From an uncultured Clostridia bacterium (lineage in GTDB: Bacteria; Bacillota; Clostridia; Christensenellales; CAG-917), in contig CASDRL010000068.1 of NCBI GenBank assembly GCA_949283145.1, positions 1,445 to 65,444 on the forward strand: a stretch of 64,000 nucleotides of DNA. Reading direction: 5' to 3'. Made by a program: the position numbers and the translations under genes. Below are positions 1 to 8,087 of this stretch, piece after piece (position 1 is the first letter of the stretch; each line of letters begins with the position of its first letter). Under the pieces are notes generated by a model, which saw only the letters and a program-made list of their open reading frames with translations, did not search any database and was not told the DNA's origin.

Positions 1-1
1 C

Positions 2-397
2 AACGGGGGCAGGAACGGCGGAGACCGCGGCTCCCTTGTCGTGGAGATCACCGTAAAGCCCCACAAACTCTTCAAGCGTGTGGGGAGCGATCTGCAGCTC
101 GAGATACCCGTCACGATCTCCGAGGTGGCGCTCGGGTGCACTCTTTCCGTGCCGACGCTGAAGGGCGCGAAGGAGCTCAAAGTCCCGGAAGGGACGCAGT
201 CCGGCACGGTGTTCAGGATGAAGGGCTGCGGGATCAAGAAACTGCGCGGCTCCGACAACGGCGACCTCTTTGTCAAGGTGACGGTGGAGGTGCCGAAGAA
301 TGTCACACGCGAGCAGAAAGACCTGCTGCGCAGGTTGGACGCGGCGTTTGAAGTCAAACAGTTCCCGAAGAGGAAAGAGTACAGAGAAAAACTGTAA
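2..397 (+). CDS. dnaJ: Chaperone DnaJ, C-terminal part (5' end outside window)
   Basis: The frame is open from the window edge. The sequence ...GDRGSLVVEITVKPHKLFKRVGSDLQLEIPV...DLFVKVTVEVPK... is typical of the DnaJ C-terminal domains. It is followed by prmA-rsmE-mtaB, as in Firmicutes. Confidence 0.85.
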   Translation, partial: NGGRNGGDRGSLVVEITVKPHKLFKRVGSDLQLEIPVTISEVALGCTLSVPTLKGAKELKVPEGTQSGTVFRMKGCGIKKLRGSDNGDLFVKVTVEVPKNVTREQKDLLRRLDAAFEVKQFPKRKEYREKL

Positions 398-401
398 TGA
401 G

Positions 402-444
402 CGGTTTATCGGCTGAAATGAGCCGATAAACCGTCTTTTTTTTG
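402..444 (+). terminator. Rho-independent terminator after dnaJ
   Basis: Hairpin cggtttatcggct / agccgataaaccg with a 6-nt loop, followed by a T-run (tcttttttttt). Confidence 0.8.
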
Positions 445-448
445 CGAG

Positions 449-1348
449 ATGAGATATAACCTTATCACAGTCATCACCGATCACGAAAACGCAGACCTGG
501 TCGCTTCCGCGATGTTTGACGCGGGCGCGGAAGGGGTGGACATCGCCGACAGGCAGGATTTTGCCGACCTGCTCAGGAGCGACGTCATCTGGGATTACGT
601 CGACGACGACGCGCTGCTCTCGGGCGACGAAGTCAAGGTCTCCACGGTGACCGACGAGGGCGACCGCGAGTTTCTCCCGAGGCTCGAGAGTGTGCTTTCC
701 GCAATGGCGGGGAACGGCGTGAGATACGGCGAGATATCCTCACGTCTCATCGACGAGGCGGATTGGGCGAACGAGTGGAAGAAGTATTACAACCCGATCG
801 TCACACATTCCGTCACCGTCGTCCCCACCTGGATAGATTATCCCGCTGCCGAGGATGAGACAGTCCTGCGTCTCGATCCCGGCATGGCGTTCGGCACGGG
901 CGAGCACGCAACCACAAGGATGTGTCTCGAAATGGCGGACGCGCGGGGGAAGAGCGTCATCGACGTGGGCTGCGGCAGCGGCATCCTCGGCATCGCGGCG
1001 GCGCTTACGGGCGCGAAGTCCGTATACATGTGCGACATCGATCCTCAAGCCGTGGAAGCGGCGAGGGCGAATGCGGCGCTCAACGGCGTGGACTGCACCA
1101 TCGAGAGGGCGGATCTCATCGAATGGAAGGAGAAGGCGGATCTCATCCTCGCCAATCTCACCGCGGACATCCTTTCCCGTCTCGCGCCCTCCGTCGGAGG
1201 GCATCTGAACGGGGGCGGGGAGATCGTGGCATCCGGGATCATTGCGGAAAGGCTCGGCGAGGTGAAGGAGGTCTTTGCCGCGCACGGGTTCCGCGTCATC
1301 GAAGAGAGGGCGGACGGCGACTGGCGCGCGCTGCGCCTCGGGAGGTGA
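449..1348 (+). CDS. prmA: Ribosomal protein L11 methyltransferase
   Basis: 299 aa with SAM-binding motif DVGCGSGILGIAA. Its position directly after dnaJ is conserved. Confidence 0.9.
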   Translation: MRYNLITVITDHENADLVASAMFDAGAEGVDIADRQDFADLLRSDVIWDYVDDDALLSGDEVKVSTVTDEGDREFLPRLESVLSAMAGNGVRYGEISSRLIDEADWANEWKKYYNPIVTHSVTVVPTWIDYPAAEDETVLRLDPGMAFGTGEHATTRMCLEMADARGKSVIDVGCGSGILGIAAALTGAKSVYMCDIDPQAVEAARANAALNGVDCTIERADLIEWKEKADLILANLTADILSRLAPSVGGHLNGGGEIVASGIIAERLGEVKEVFAAHGFRVIEERADGDWRALRLGR

Positions 1349-1349
1349 C

Positions 1350-2078
1350 ATGGAACTCAGGCGCTTTTTTGTGAAGGCAGAAGACATATCGGGGAGCAGC
1401 GTCACGGTGCGCGGCGATGAGTTCGAGCACATGACCAGGGTGCTCCGTATGAAGCCGGGCTACAAGGTCATCGTGTGCGCGAACGACGGCACGGAACGCG
1501 ACTGCATCATCCGCACCGTAGACCGCGCGGAAGCGGTGCTCGATGTAGAGCGCGTGAGAGAGGTCGACCGCAAGAGCGTAAAATTCACGCTGTATGCGGG
1601 GCTGCTCAAAAACGCGAAGCTGGACATTGTCGTGCAAAAGGCTGTGGAACTCGGCGTGGATGCAGTCGTGCCATTTGTTTCCGAAAACACCGTCGAGAAG
1701 AAGTTTAACCCGGACCGCGCCCGCCGCATAGCGCTCGAAGCCGCCAAACAGTGCGGTTCTCCGTGGTTGAGCGAGGCGGAAGAGGCGGTCTCTTTTGCCG
1801 ATGTGCTCGCGCGGGTGAAAGATCACGACGTTGTGTATTTTGCCTATGAGAAGGAGAGGGAACACGCTTTTTCGGATGTCGTTTCCCGCGGGGTGAAGAA
1901 TGTCGCGCTCATCGTGGGCAGCGAGGGCGGTTTCACTCCCGAGGAGGCGGACGCCGCGCGCGCAGCGGGGACTGTCCCCGTCACCCTCGGCAGACGCATA
2001 TTGCGTGCGGAAACAGCCGGGATCGTCGGCTCCGCTCTGTTGTTGAACGCTTTGGGGGAACTTGATTATGACAGATAG
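1350..2078 (+). CDS. rsmE: 16S rRNA (uracil1498-N3)-methyltransferase RsmE
   Basis: The internal ATG at 1350 lies 1 nt after the prmA stop and is preceded by GGAGG. The N-terminus is MELRRFFV... and a GSEGGFTPEE motif lies near the C-terminus. It follows the yqeU-like order after prmA. The track ORF start at 1275 overlaps prmA and was rejected. Confidence 0.85.
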   Translation: MELRRFFVKAEDISGSSVTVRGDEFEHMTRVLRMKPGYKVIVCANDGTERDCIIRTVDRAEAVLDVERVREVDRKSVKFTLYAGLLKNAKLDIVVQKAVELGVDAVVPFVSENTVEKKFNPDRARRIALEAAKQCGSPWLSEAEEAVSFADVLARVKDHDVVYFAYEKEREHAFSDVVSRGVKNVALIVGSEGGFTPEEADAARAAGTVPVTLGRRILRAETAGIVGSALLLNALGELDYDR

Positions 2079-3348
2079 ACCCACCGTCGCTTTTCTCACG
2101 CTCGGGTGCAAAGTCAATCAATACGACTCCGACGCCATGCGCGCCGTGCTGGACTACGGCGGATTCAACGTCTGCGAAGCGCAGGAACACGCCGATGTCT
2201 ACATAATCAACACCTGCGCCGTGACCGCGGAGGCGGAGCGCAAATCCCGCCAAGCCGTTACCCGCATCCTCAAGATCAATCCCGAGGCGGAGATCTACAT
2301 CTGCGGCTGCGCGTCGCAGAACAATTTCAGCCAGTTCGCAAGGGACGGCGTAAAATTCATCTCGGGCACCAAGGGCAAGCTTGCCCTCGCCGAGGAGCTC
2401 GTCAAAAAGTACGGGGAGGGCAGCGACGACGGTTTTTTCGACAAGATCGTCACCGCCGATTTCGATACCGCGACGAAGTATGAGGACTTCCGCGGCACGC
2501 TCACCATGCGCACCCGGCACTTTATCAAGGTGCAGGACGGGTGCAACAATTTCTGTTCCTATTGCATAGTGCCTTATCTCAGGGGCAGGAGCAGATCCAG
2601 GGCGGTGAGCAGCGTGCTGCGCGAGCTGGAGACGGCGGAAACTTCCTGCCGCGAAGTGGTGCTCACCGGCATCAATCTTTCGGCTTACGGCAGGGACATC
2701 GGAACCTCTCTTACGGCGCTCCTCACAGCCATTGAGAGCACCGATCTCAGAGTGCGGCTCGGGTCGCTCGAAGCGGGCGTGATAGACGAGGATTTTCTCG
2801 ACGCGGCGAAGCGCATCAAAAATTTCTGTCCGCACTTCCACCTTTCGTTGCAAAGCGGCGATGACGGAGTGCTCAAAAACATGAACCGCCACTATACCAC
2901 GCGCGAGTATGCCGAAAAAGTCGCGCTCATCCGCTCCCGTTTCCCGGATGCCGCCGTCACCACCGACGTCATCGTCGGCTATCCGACGGAGAGCGAAGAG
3001 GCGTTCGAGACGAGTTATGCTTTTTGCAAGGAGATAGGGTTTGCGGATATGCACGTCTTCCCCTATTCTTCCCGCAAGGGCACCGTAGCAGGAAAACTTC
3101 CCGTGCTGCCCGCCGCTCTTGTCACGGGAAGGCAAAAGAAAATGACCGCGCTCAAACACGAGCTTTCGTCAGAATTCAGACTTAAACAGCTCGGAAAGCC
3201 CGTTGAAGTGCTTTTTGAGACAAAAGAGGACGGGCTTTGGTGCGGGCACACCCCCAACTACGTCAAGGTCTATTCCATGCAGGGAGAGCGCAACACGGTG
3301 GCGTCCGTCACGCCCACCGCTCTCTTCGGCGACGGCGTCAGAGTGTGA
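2068..3348 (+). CDS. mtaB: tRNA methylthiotransferase MtaB-like (radical SAM MTTase)
   Basis: N-terminal MTTase motif LGCKVNQYDS and radical-SAM motif CNNFCSYCIVP. It sits in the yqeV-like position after rsmE. The ATG at 2068 is preceded by GGGGGA; TTG at 2062 is an alternative start. Confidence 0.8.
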   Translation: MTDRPTVAFLTLGCKVNQYDSDAMRAVLDYGGFNVCEAQEHADVYIINTCAVTAEAERKSRQAVTRILKINPEAEIYICGCASQNNFSQFARDGVKFISGTKGKLALAEELVKKYGEGSDDGFFDKIVTADFDTATKYEDFRGTLTMRTRHFIKVQDGCNNFCSYCIVPYLRGRSRSRAVSSVLRELETAETSCREVVLTGINLSAYGRDIGTSLTALLTAIESTDLRVRLGSLEAGVIDEDFLDAAKRIKNFCPHFHLSLQSGDDGVLKNMNRHYTTREYAEKVALIRSRFPDAAVTTDVIVGYPTESEEAFETSYAFCKEIGFADMHVFPYSSRKGTVAGKLPVLPAALVTGRQKKMTALKHELSSEFRLKQLGKPVEVLFETKEDGLWCGHTPNYVKVYSMQGERNTVASVTPTALFGDGVRV

Positions 3349-3382
3349 GAGCGTTTCCGCCTTTCCGGAGCGCTTTTCCCGC

Positions 3383-3411
3383 TTGCCCGCGCGCTCGCAT
3401 GGTGATATAAT
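3383..3411 (+). promoter_or_regulatory. Putative sigma70-type promoter for the HIT gene
   Basis: TTGCCC, 17-nt spacer, then TATAAT preceded by TGa (extended -10). It lies about 40 nt upstream of ATG 3452. Confidence 0.45.
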
Positions 3412-3451
3412 GTTTCGAGAATAACCGCGCGGCAGCGCATAGGAGAATGTC

Positions 3452-3793
3452 ATGAACGATTGTGTTTTCTGCAAGATCATAAAAGGGGAGATCCCTTCCG
3501 TCAAAGTGTATGAGGACGAGGATATGGTCATCGTCAAGGATATAGCGCCTCAGGCGCCGGTGCACCTTCTCCTGCTGCCCAAAGAGCACTACGCCAACAT
3601 AGTTGAAATGTCCGATGCGCAGGCGCAGACCCTCGGCCGCTGCCTCAAAAAGCTCTCCGGCATGGTGGACGAGCTCGGGCTCGCGGACGGTTTCCGCCTG
3701 GTGTCCAACAAGGGCAAAAACGCCTGCCAATCCGTGGAACATCTCCACATCCACATCCTCGGCGGGGCACAGCTCGCCGACAGAATGGCGTAA
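3452..3793 (+). CDS. HIT (histidine triad) family nucleotide hydrolase
   Basis: 113 aa with the histidine triad HLHIHILGG. AGGAG RBS. Confidence 0.9.
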   Translation: MNDCVFCKIIKGEIPSVKVYEDEDMVIVKDIAPQAPVHLLLLPKEHYANIVEMSDAQAQTLGRCLKKLSGMVDELGLADGFRLVSNKGKNACQSVEHLHIHILGGAQLADRMA

Positions 3794-3828
3794 TTTTGAA
3801 ATTCGCCGCCGCAAGCCCCGTCAATCCG

Positions 3829-3856
3829 TTGACAAATTCCTGCGGCCGTGTATAAT
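3829..3856 (+). promoter_or_regulatory. Putative sigma70-type promoter for rpsU
   Basis: Consensus TTGACA, 16-nt spacer, consensus TATAAT. It lies about 35 nt upstream of the rpsU start. Confidence 0.6.
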
Positions 3857-3889
3857 AAATATCACTTGCATCAAAAGGAGGTGAAGAAG

Positions 3890-4069
3890 ATGTCTACTGT
3901 CAGAGTCGGTGAAAACGAAAGTTTGGACAATGCGATCCGCCGCTTCAAAAGAAAGTGCGCGCGTGACGGCATCATCGGCGACCTCCGCAAGAGAGAAGCC
4001 TACGAGAAGCCCAGCGTCAAGCGTAAGAAGAAGGCCGAGGCAGCTCGCAAGAGAGCTTACAAAAACTAA
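3890..4069 (+). CDS. rpsU: 30S ribosomal protein S21
   Basis: 59 aa, [22 protein letters not shown]..., with a basic C-terminus. A GGAGG RBS precedes ATG 3890. The track start at 3848 was rejected. Confidence 0.9.
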   Translation: MSTVRVGENESLDNAIRRFKRKCARDGIIGDLRKREAYEKPSVKRKKKAEAARKRAYKN

Positions 4070-4096
4070 ACAACACAAGGGAGTCATCTCCCTTAC

Positions 4097-4173
4097 GGGG
4101 GCATAGCCCAGTCGGTTAGAGCGCTTGTTTCACATACAAGAGGTCACAGGTTCGAGTCCTGTTGTCCCCACCA
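4097..4173 (+). tRNA. tRNA-Val (anticodon CAC), encoded CCA
   Basis: Manual cloverleaf. The acceptor stem is gggggca/tgtcccc with one G-U pair. The D arm is gccc..gagc with a C12-A23 mismatch. The anticodon stem is cttgt/acaag with loop ttCACat. The variable loop is aggtc, and the T arm is acagg-ttcgagt-cctgt. The discriminator is A, followed by CCA. Total 77 nt. Confidence 0.85.
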
Positions 4174-4201
4174 TTAGCAAACAAAATCGAACCAGATTTT
4201 G
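4165..4201 (+). repeat. Island-flanking direct repeat, left copy (attL-like)
   Basis: tccccaccattagcaaacaaaatcgaaccagattttg. This covers the last 9 nt of tRNA-Val including CCA, plus the first part of its terminator. It matches 19012-19048 at 33/37 positions. Confidence 0.7.
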
Positions 4202-4213
4202 TTTGCTTTTTTT
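4176..4213 (+). terminator. Rho-independent terminator of the tRNA gene
   Basis: 13-bp perfect hairpin agcaaacaaaatc / gattttgtttgct with loop gaacca, followed by tttttt. Confidence 0.8.
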
Positions 4214-4334
4214 GATTGAAAGTTTTTGGTGTGGCGAGACTTTTGGCTGCAGCATGTGATCCGTGTCGCAAAACGGGAATTAATTACAATCGAATGAGAT
4301 AAGCACACGCCACGGTGCCAAATTGTGACAATGC

Positions 4335-4363
4335 TTGTATTATGTGATGGTGCGTTGTATAAT
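4335..4363 (+). promoter_or_regulatory. Possible promoter of the antitoxin gene
   Basis: TTGTAT, 17-nt spacer, TATAAT. It lies about 40 nt upstream of ATG 4403. The -35 element is weak. Confidence 0.3.
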
Positions 4364-4402
4364 TTAGGCATAAATTTGCATACAGCAAGAATGAGGTACG
4401 AT

Positions 4403-4684
4403 ATGATACAGACTATTATACCGCTGAGAGATCTTTCGAATAAGACGAGTCAAGTGGTGGAGCAGTGCGAGCGGAGCGGCGAGCCTATCTTCGTGACACG
4501 GAACGGTTATGGTGCGTTGGTCGTCATGTCAATGGAAGCATATCAAACGAGGATGGCGCAGCTCGACCTATATCAGCATCTTCTCGCCGCGGAAAAGGAA
4601 CTTGCCGATGACAAGCTCGTGCCTGCCGAGAAAGTGTTCGATAGCATAAATGAGATGCTCGAAAATGCAAAAGTGCAAGATTGA
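4403..4684 (+). CDS. Phd/YefM family antitoxin
   Basis: 93 aa. MIQTIIPLRDLSNKTSQVVEQCERSGEPIFVTRNGYGALVVMSMEAY is a typical Phd/YefM N-terminal fold sequence. A GAGG RBS precedes ATG 4403. The track start at 4325 is probably too long. Confidence 0.75.
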   Translation: MIQTIIPLRDLSNKTSQVVEQCERSGEPIFVTRNGYGALVVMSMEAYQTRMAQLDLYQHLLAAEKELADDKLVPAEKVFDSINEMLENAKVQD

Positions 4685-4748
4685 GTTTGCCGAGCTTACG
4701 AACAGAGAAATGCGCAACACCTTCGGTTATATCATGGGGACACGGTGA
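4665..4748 (+). pseudogene. Truncated ParE/RelE-like toxin remnant (27 codons)
   Basis: ATG 4665 overlaps the antitoxin 3' end by 20 nt, which is the classic TA arrangement. MQKCKIEFAELTNREMRNTFGYIMGTR* resembles ParE/RelE N-termini (..IEF.E.A..DL..I..YI) but stops after 27 aa. Confidence 0.4.
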
Positions 4749-4772
4749 TGTGGGCGCTTTATGGTGCCGTGA

Positions 4773-5516
4773 ATGGGAAGTGATGCTTTGATGGCGGAAA
4801 TAAGGTCTCATGTTTTATTGCCCAAATTCATTCTTCAGCGTTTTACCAACGCGGACAATTTTTTCTTTGTATATGATCCTGTCGCGAATGTAATAAAACG
4901 GAGTGGGCCGAAGCAGTTTAATGTAGAGAGGGGTTATTCTGCCCCTGATTTTGAGAGGCATCTCAATAAGAACATTGAAAGCGCATTCTCTTCGACCTTG
5001 TGCAAAATCGAAATTTTCCTGAGTGAGAGGGCAGATGCCGTATTGATTAAGCGCAGCACCATAATGGAATATTTTTATTCGCTCTTTGGAAGGTCTCCCG
5101 ATTTGCACCGCCATCTGACAGAAGATCCGTTTTTAAGCTTGGTCTATTCGCAACAGGAGCTACACTATTTGGCGACCGAGGGCGGTATGCAGGAGGCAAA
5201 AAGAGATTTTAAGGATCTGCACAGCGACATTGCTATAATAAACAATACGACGACAATAGATTTTGTGTTGCCGGCATCAGGGATTTGTGCATTTCCTTCA
5301 GATGAGCAAGAAAGCTACTATCTGATCTTATCACCCAAGCTTGCAATAAGAATATGCTCGCCGGGAGAAGATAGAGTGGCTGTTGGAAGAATGTCTGCAG
5401 ACAATATAATGTGGATCAATAGAGTAAGCATCCAACACGAAAAATTGAAAAAAGGCAAGATCATCGTTGCAAATAAAAGCCTTTTGAACGAGTTGCGAAG
5501 AAAACAATATTGTTAG
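4773..5516 (+). CDS. DUF4238-like protein
   Basis: 247 aa. The N-terminal HVLLPKFILQRFTNADNFFFVYD resembles the DUF4238 signature (H.vPqfYLk.F... then short-strand y.yd). This assignment is from memory, not a search. An alternative start is at 4791. Confidence 0.5.
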   Translation: MGSDALMAEIRSHVLLPKFILQRFTNADNFFFVYDPVANVIKRSGPKQFNVERGYSAPDFERHLNKNIESAFSSTLCKIEIFLSERADAVLIKRSTIMEYFYSLFGRSPDLHRHLTEDPFLSLVYSQQELHYLATEGGMQEAKRDFKDLHSDIAIINNTTTIDFVLPASGICAFPSDEQESYYLILSPKLAIRICSPGEDRVAVGRMSADNIMWINRVSIQHEKLKKGKIIVANKSLLNELRRKQYC

Positions 5517-5531
5517 CAAGGAGTGTCGATT

Positions 5532-6467
5532 ATGTCAGAACAAATTACTGCCGAAGAATTTGATGTAAAAATGAGAAGATTTAGGTTATGTCACAATGCG
5601 AAATACGATTATTTTGAGTTTGTTGATTTGTTTTCCGATGTTGAAAATATCCCCGGCAATAATAAGTTGGAAAACAGCAAAGTCATGAAAGTGATGGATT
5701 TTGCGATCGCAAATGATAAGGAGTTGAGAAAACCGCTTTCGCCGGGCACGGTATTTTACAGGGCAAGGTTAGTAAGAAATTTTAAAACAGAACTTGGCTG
5801 TGTTTTGGAAGGGAAAGACTATTTGGATGGTTTTGATTACTTTGGATCAAAAGAACCGCATTGCCTTGCGGGTGCATCAGGAAGATGTAATGTGGGTGGA
5901 ACTTCATATTTATACGGAGCGGAGGATGAGGTGACCGCATGTGCAGAGGTAAAGCCTGAATATAGTGAGATCATATCGCTCGGGAAATTTGTCTTAAAAC
6001 ATCAAATGGTGATGATAGATTTTGCAGATGATAGGATGATCAAGGAGTTGCGAGCTTGCGAAAAGGAATATAATGTCAGCGTTGCTTCATTGATCACTTG
6101 GATCATGCTTCAGTATGCAAAAGATTATGGGTCAGCCGGATATCGTGTTTGCCAGTATATCACAGACTATTTTCGAAAAGCAGGTTATGATGGCATAATA
6201 TATCGTAGTTCTCAAACTAATCATAAATGCTATGTATTTTTCAAATCGCATAAAAAGTTCATAGATTTCATGGGGAGTGAATTGGTATATGCAGACAGGA
6301 AGAACTATGCTTTTGCGAAATTAAAAAATGTTGGCGAAGCGCGGCAAGACGGAAAGCAAACAAGCGAAGTGATGCATGTTTGGATCGAAAACAACGAGCC
6401 TCGGACATCATTAAAAAATTTACATAAAGTGGCAGATACAATAAAGATAGCAAGGCGCCCCAAGTAA
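5532..6467 (+). CDS. RES domain-containing protein (putative NAD+-targeting toxin family) with N-terminal extension
   Basis: 311 aa. The R-E-S signature residues sit in their usual contexts: VFYRARL, YLYGAEDEVTACAEV and GIIYRSSQ. An AAGGAG RBS lies 8 nt before ATG 5532. There is a 6-15 nt gap after the DUF4238-like gene. Confidence 0.7.
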   Translation: MSEQITAEEFDVKMRRFRLCHNAKYDYFEFVDLFSDVENIPGNNKLENSKVMKVMDFAIANDKELRKPLSPGTVFYRARLVRNFKTELGCVLEGKDYLDGFDYFGSKEPHCLAGASGRCNVGGTSYLYGAEDEVTACAEVKPEYSEIISLGKFVLKHQMVMIDFADDRMIKELRACEKEYNVSVASLITWIMLQYAKDYGSAGYRVCQYITDYFRKAGYDGIIYRSSQTNHKCYVFFKSHKKFIDFMGSELVYADRKNYAFAKLKNVGEARQDGKQTSEVMHVWIENNEPRTSLKNLHKVADTIKIARRPK

Positions 6468-6678
6468 GTTTAATTACTGCAAAAAGTGTCTCTGCCTAAT
6501 GGGCAGTTTTATGCGTTATTTTATTATAATAGATAACGCTTGAACTGCAATTCTAGCATGGATCAAACTACTATATAAACAGACCGCGTTATATTGGTCG
6601 CGTCCACGATCCAAGTGCCATCGTTTGTCACAAGCTAAAGCGAGGCGAAAGATTTTTTGGTGAACGATGGGGATACTC

Positions 6679-6707
6679 TTGCCAAAATAGCTTGTTTTTT
6701 ATAAAAT
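6679..6707 (+). promoter_or_regulatory. Possible promoter of the R-M operon
   Basis: TTGCCA, about 17-nt spacer, TAAAAT, in an AT-rich intergenic region upstream of the first methyltransferase. Confidence 0.3.
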
Positions 6708-6823
6708 AAGAGTGTGCGATATGCGCATAAAGAAAGCCAACGATCCGATGTTTGTCGGTGCTAACGATTTTAGGCTTTCGAAAAATAAGCGAGCTGACCT
6801 ATCAAGGTCAAAAGAGGGCTTTT

Positions 6824-8038
6824 ATGGAAAAGACTATTTGTGAATTGTTTGCAGGAGTCGGCGGTTTTCGCCTTGGCTTCGACCGTCTTGGATCAGGTTG
6901 GAAAACTGTGTGGTTCTCGCAATGGGAACCCGGTGCCGCTACTCAATGGGCGCATAAATGTTATGTTAGTCATTATGGCGACAGTTGCGACCTGAACGGC
7001 GAATATCATACGGACGAAGATATAGCGGCTGTTGATAAATCAACGATCCCGTCACATTCATTGTTGGTAGGCGGTTTCCCCTGTCAAGATTATAGTGTGG
7101 CGCACACTCTCTCATCATCACAAGGGATCGAGGGCAAAAAAGGTGTGCTGTGGTGGCAGATACGAGAGGTATTGATAGCTAAAAAGCCCCCATTTTGCCT
7201 GCTTGAAAATGTCGATCGCCTGCTCAAATCTCCCGCAAAACAGAGAGGTCGTGATTTCGGCGTGATGCTCGCGTGTTTTGCGGCACTTGGATACAGCGTA
7301 GAATGGCGTGTCGTGAATGCCGCTCAATATGGTGCAGCTCAGCGTCGTAGACGCACATTCATCTTCGCTTACAGCAATAACACGACATATGGCAAAAACA
7401 TGGCGGAAAAAGACGCGAGCAAGGTCATAGAAAAAGAAGGACTTATGGCGCGCTCTTTCCCTGTGCAAGATGTGGGCGACATTTGTCAAAGACATATCGA
7501 TACCGATGTCGTCGCAGTAAGCGATACATTCGCGTTTGCGTTCGGAAATTCGGGATACATGCATGACGGAGTCATCTATACGGCAAAAGTGGTTGAAAAA
7601 GAAGATCCTTCAACGATGTTAGGGACTATCTTGCAGCGAAATGTCGACGAGCAATATTATATAACGACCGACAAGATGGCGAAGTGGGTATATCTTAAAG
7701 GCGCAAAAAAGATCCCCCGTAAGACAAGTGAAGGTCATGAGTATGTTTTTTCCGAGGGACCTATCGCTTTCCCCGACCCATGGGATCGTCCTGCGAGGAC
7801 CATGCTCACGAGTGAGTCGACGCTGAACCGCTCCACGCATACAGTAGTCGATCCCGGTACCGGCAGGATACGCATATTGACACCTGTCGAGGCAGAGCGG
7901 ATCCAAGGATTCGATGATGACTGGACGGCAGGGATGCCTGATAGGATGAGATATTTTTGTATGGGAAATGCATTGGTCGTACCGATGATAACACGCATGG
8001 GAAAAGTGCTGGACGGTATCATAACGGCCGAGCAATGA
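6824..8038 (+). CDS. DNA (cytosine-5)-methyltransferase, copy 1 (M.Sau3AI-like architecture)
   Basis: 404 aa from ATG 6824, with RBS AAAGAGGG. C5-MTase motifs are present: ELFAGVGGFRLGF (I), GGFPCQDYS (IV), ENV (VI), QRRRR (VIII) and GNALVVP (X). Confidence 0.9.
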   Translation: MEKTICELFAGVGGFRLGFDRLGSGWKTVWFSQWEPGAATQWAHKCYVSHYGDSCDLNGEYHTDEDIAAVDKSTIPSHSLLVGGFPCQDYSVAHTLSSSQGIEGKKGVLWWQIREVLIAKKPPFCLLENVDRLLKSPAKQRGRDFGVMLACFAALGYSVEWRVVNAAQYGAAQRRRRTFIFAYSNNTTYGKNMAEKDASKVIEKEGLMARSFPVQDVGDICQRHIDTDVVAVSDTFAFAFGNSGYMHDGVIYTAKVVEKEDPSTMLGTILQRNVDEQYYITTDKMAKWVYLKGAKKIPRKTSEGHEYVFSEGPIAFPDPWDRPARTMLTSESTLNRSTHTVVDPGTGRIRILTPVEAERIQGFDDDWTAGMPDRMRYFCMGNALVVPMITRMGKVLDGIITAEQ

Positions 8039-8087
8039 TGCGATAGCGTTGAAATATACCGCTTTTGATGATAAGGAGGATGTTGCG

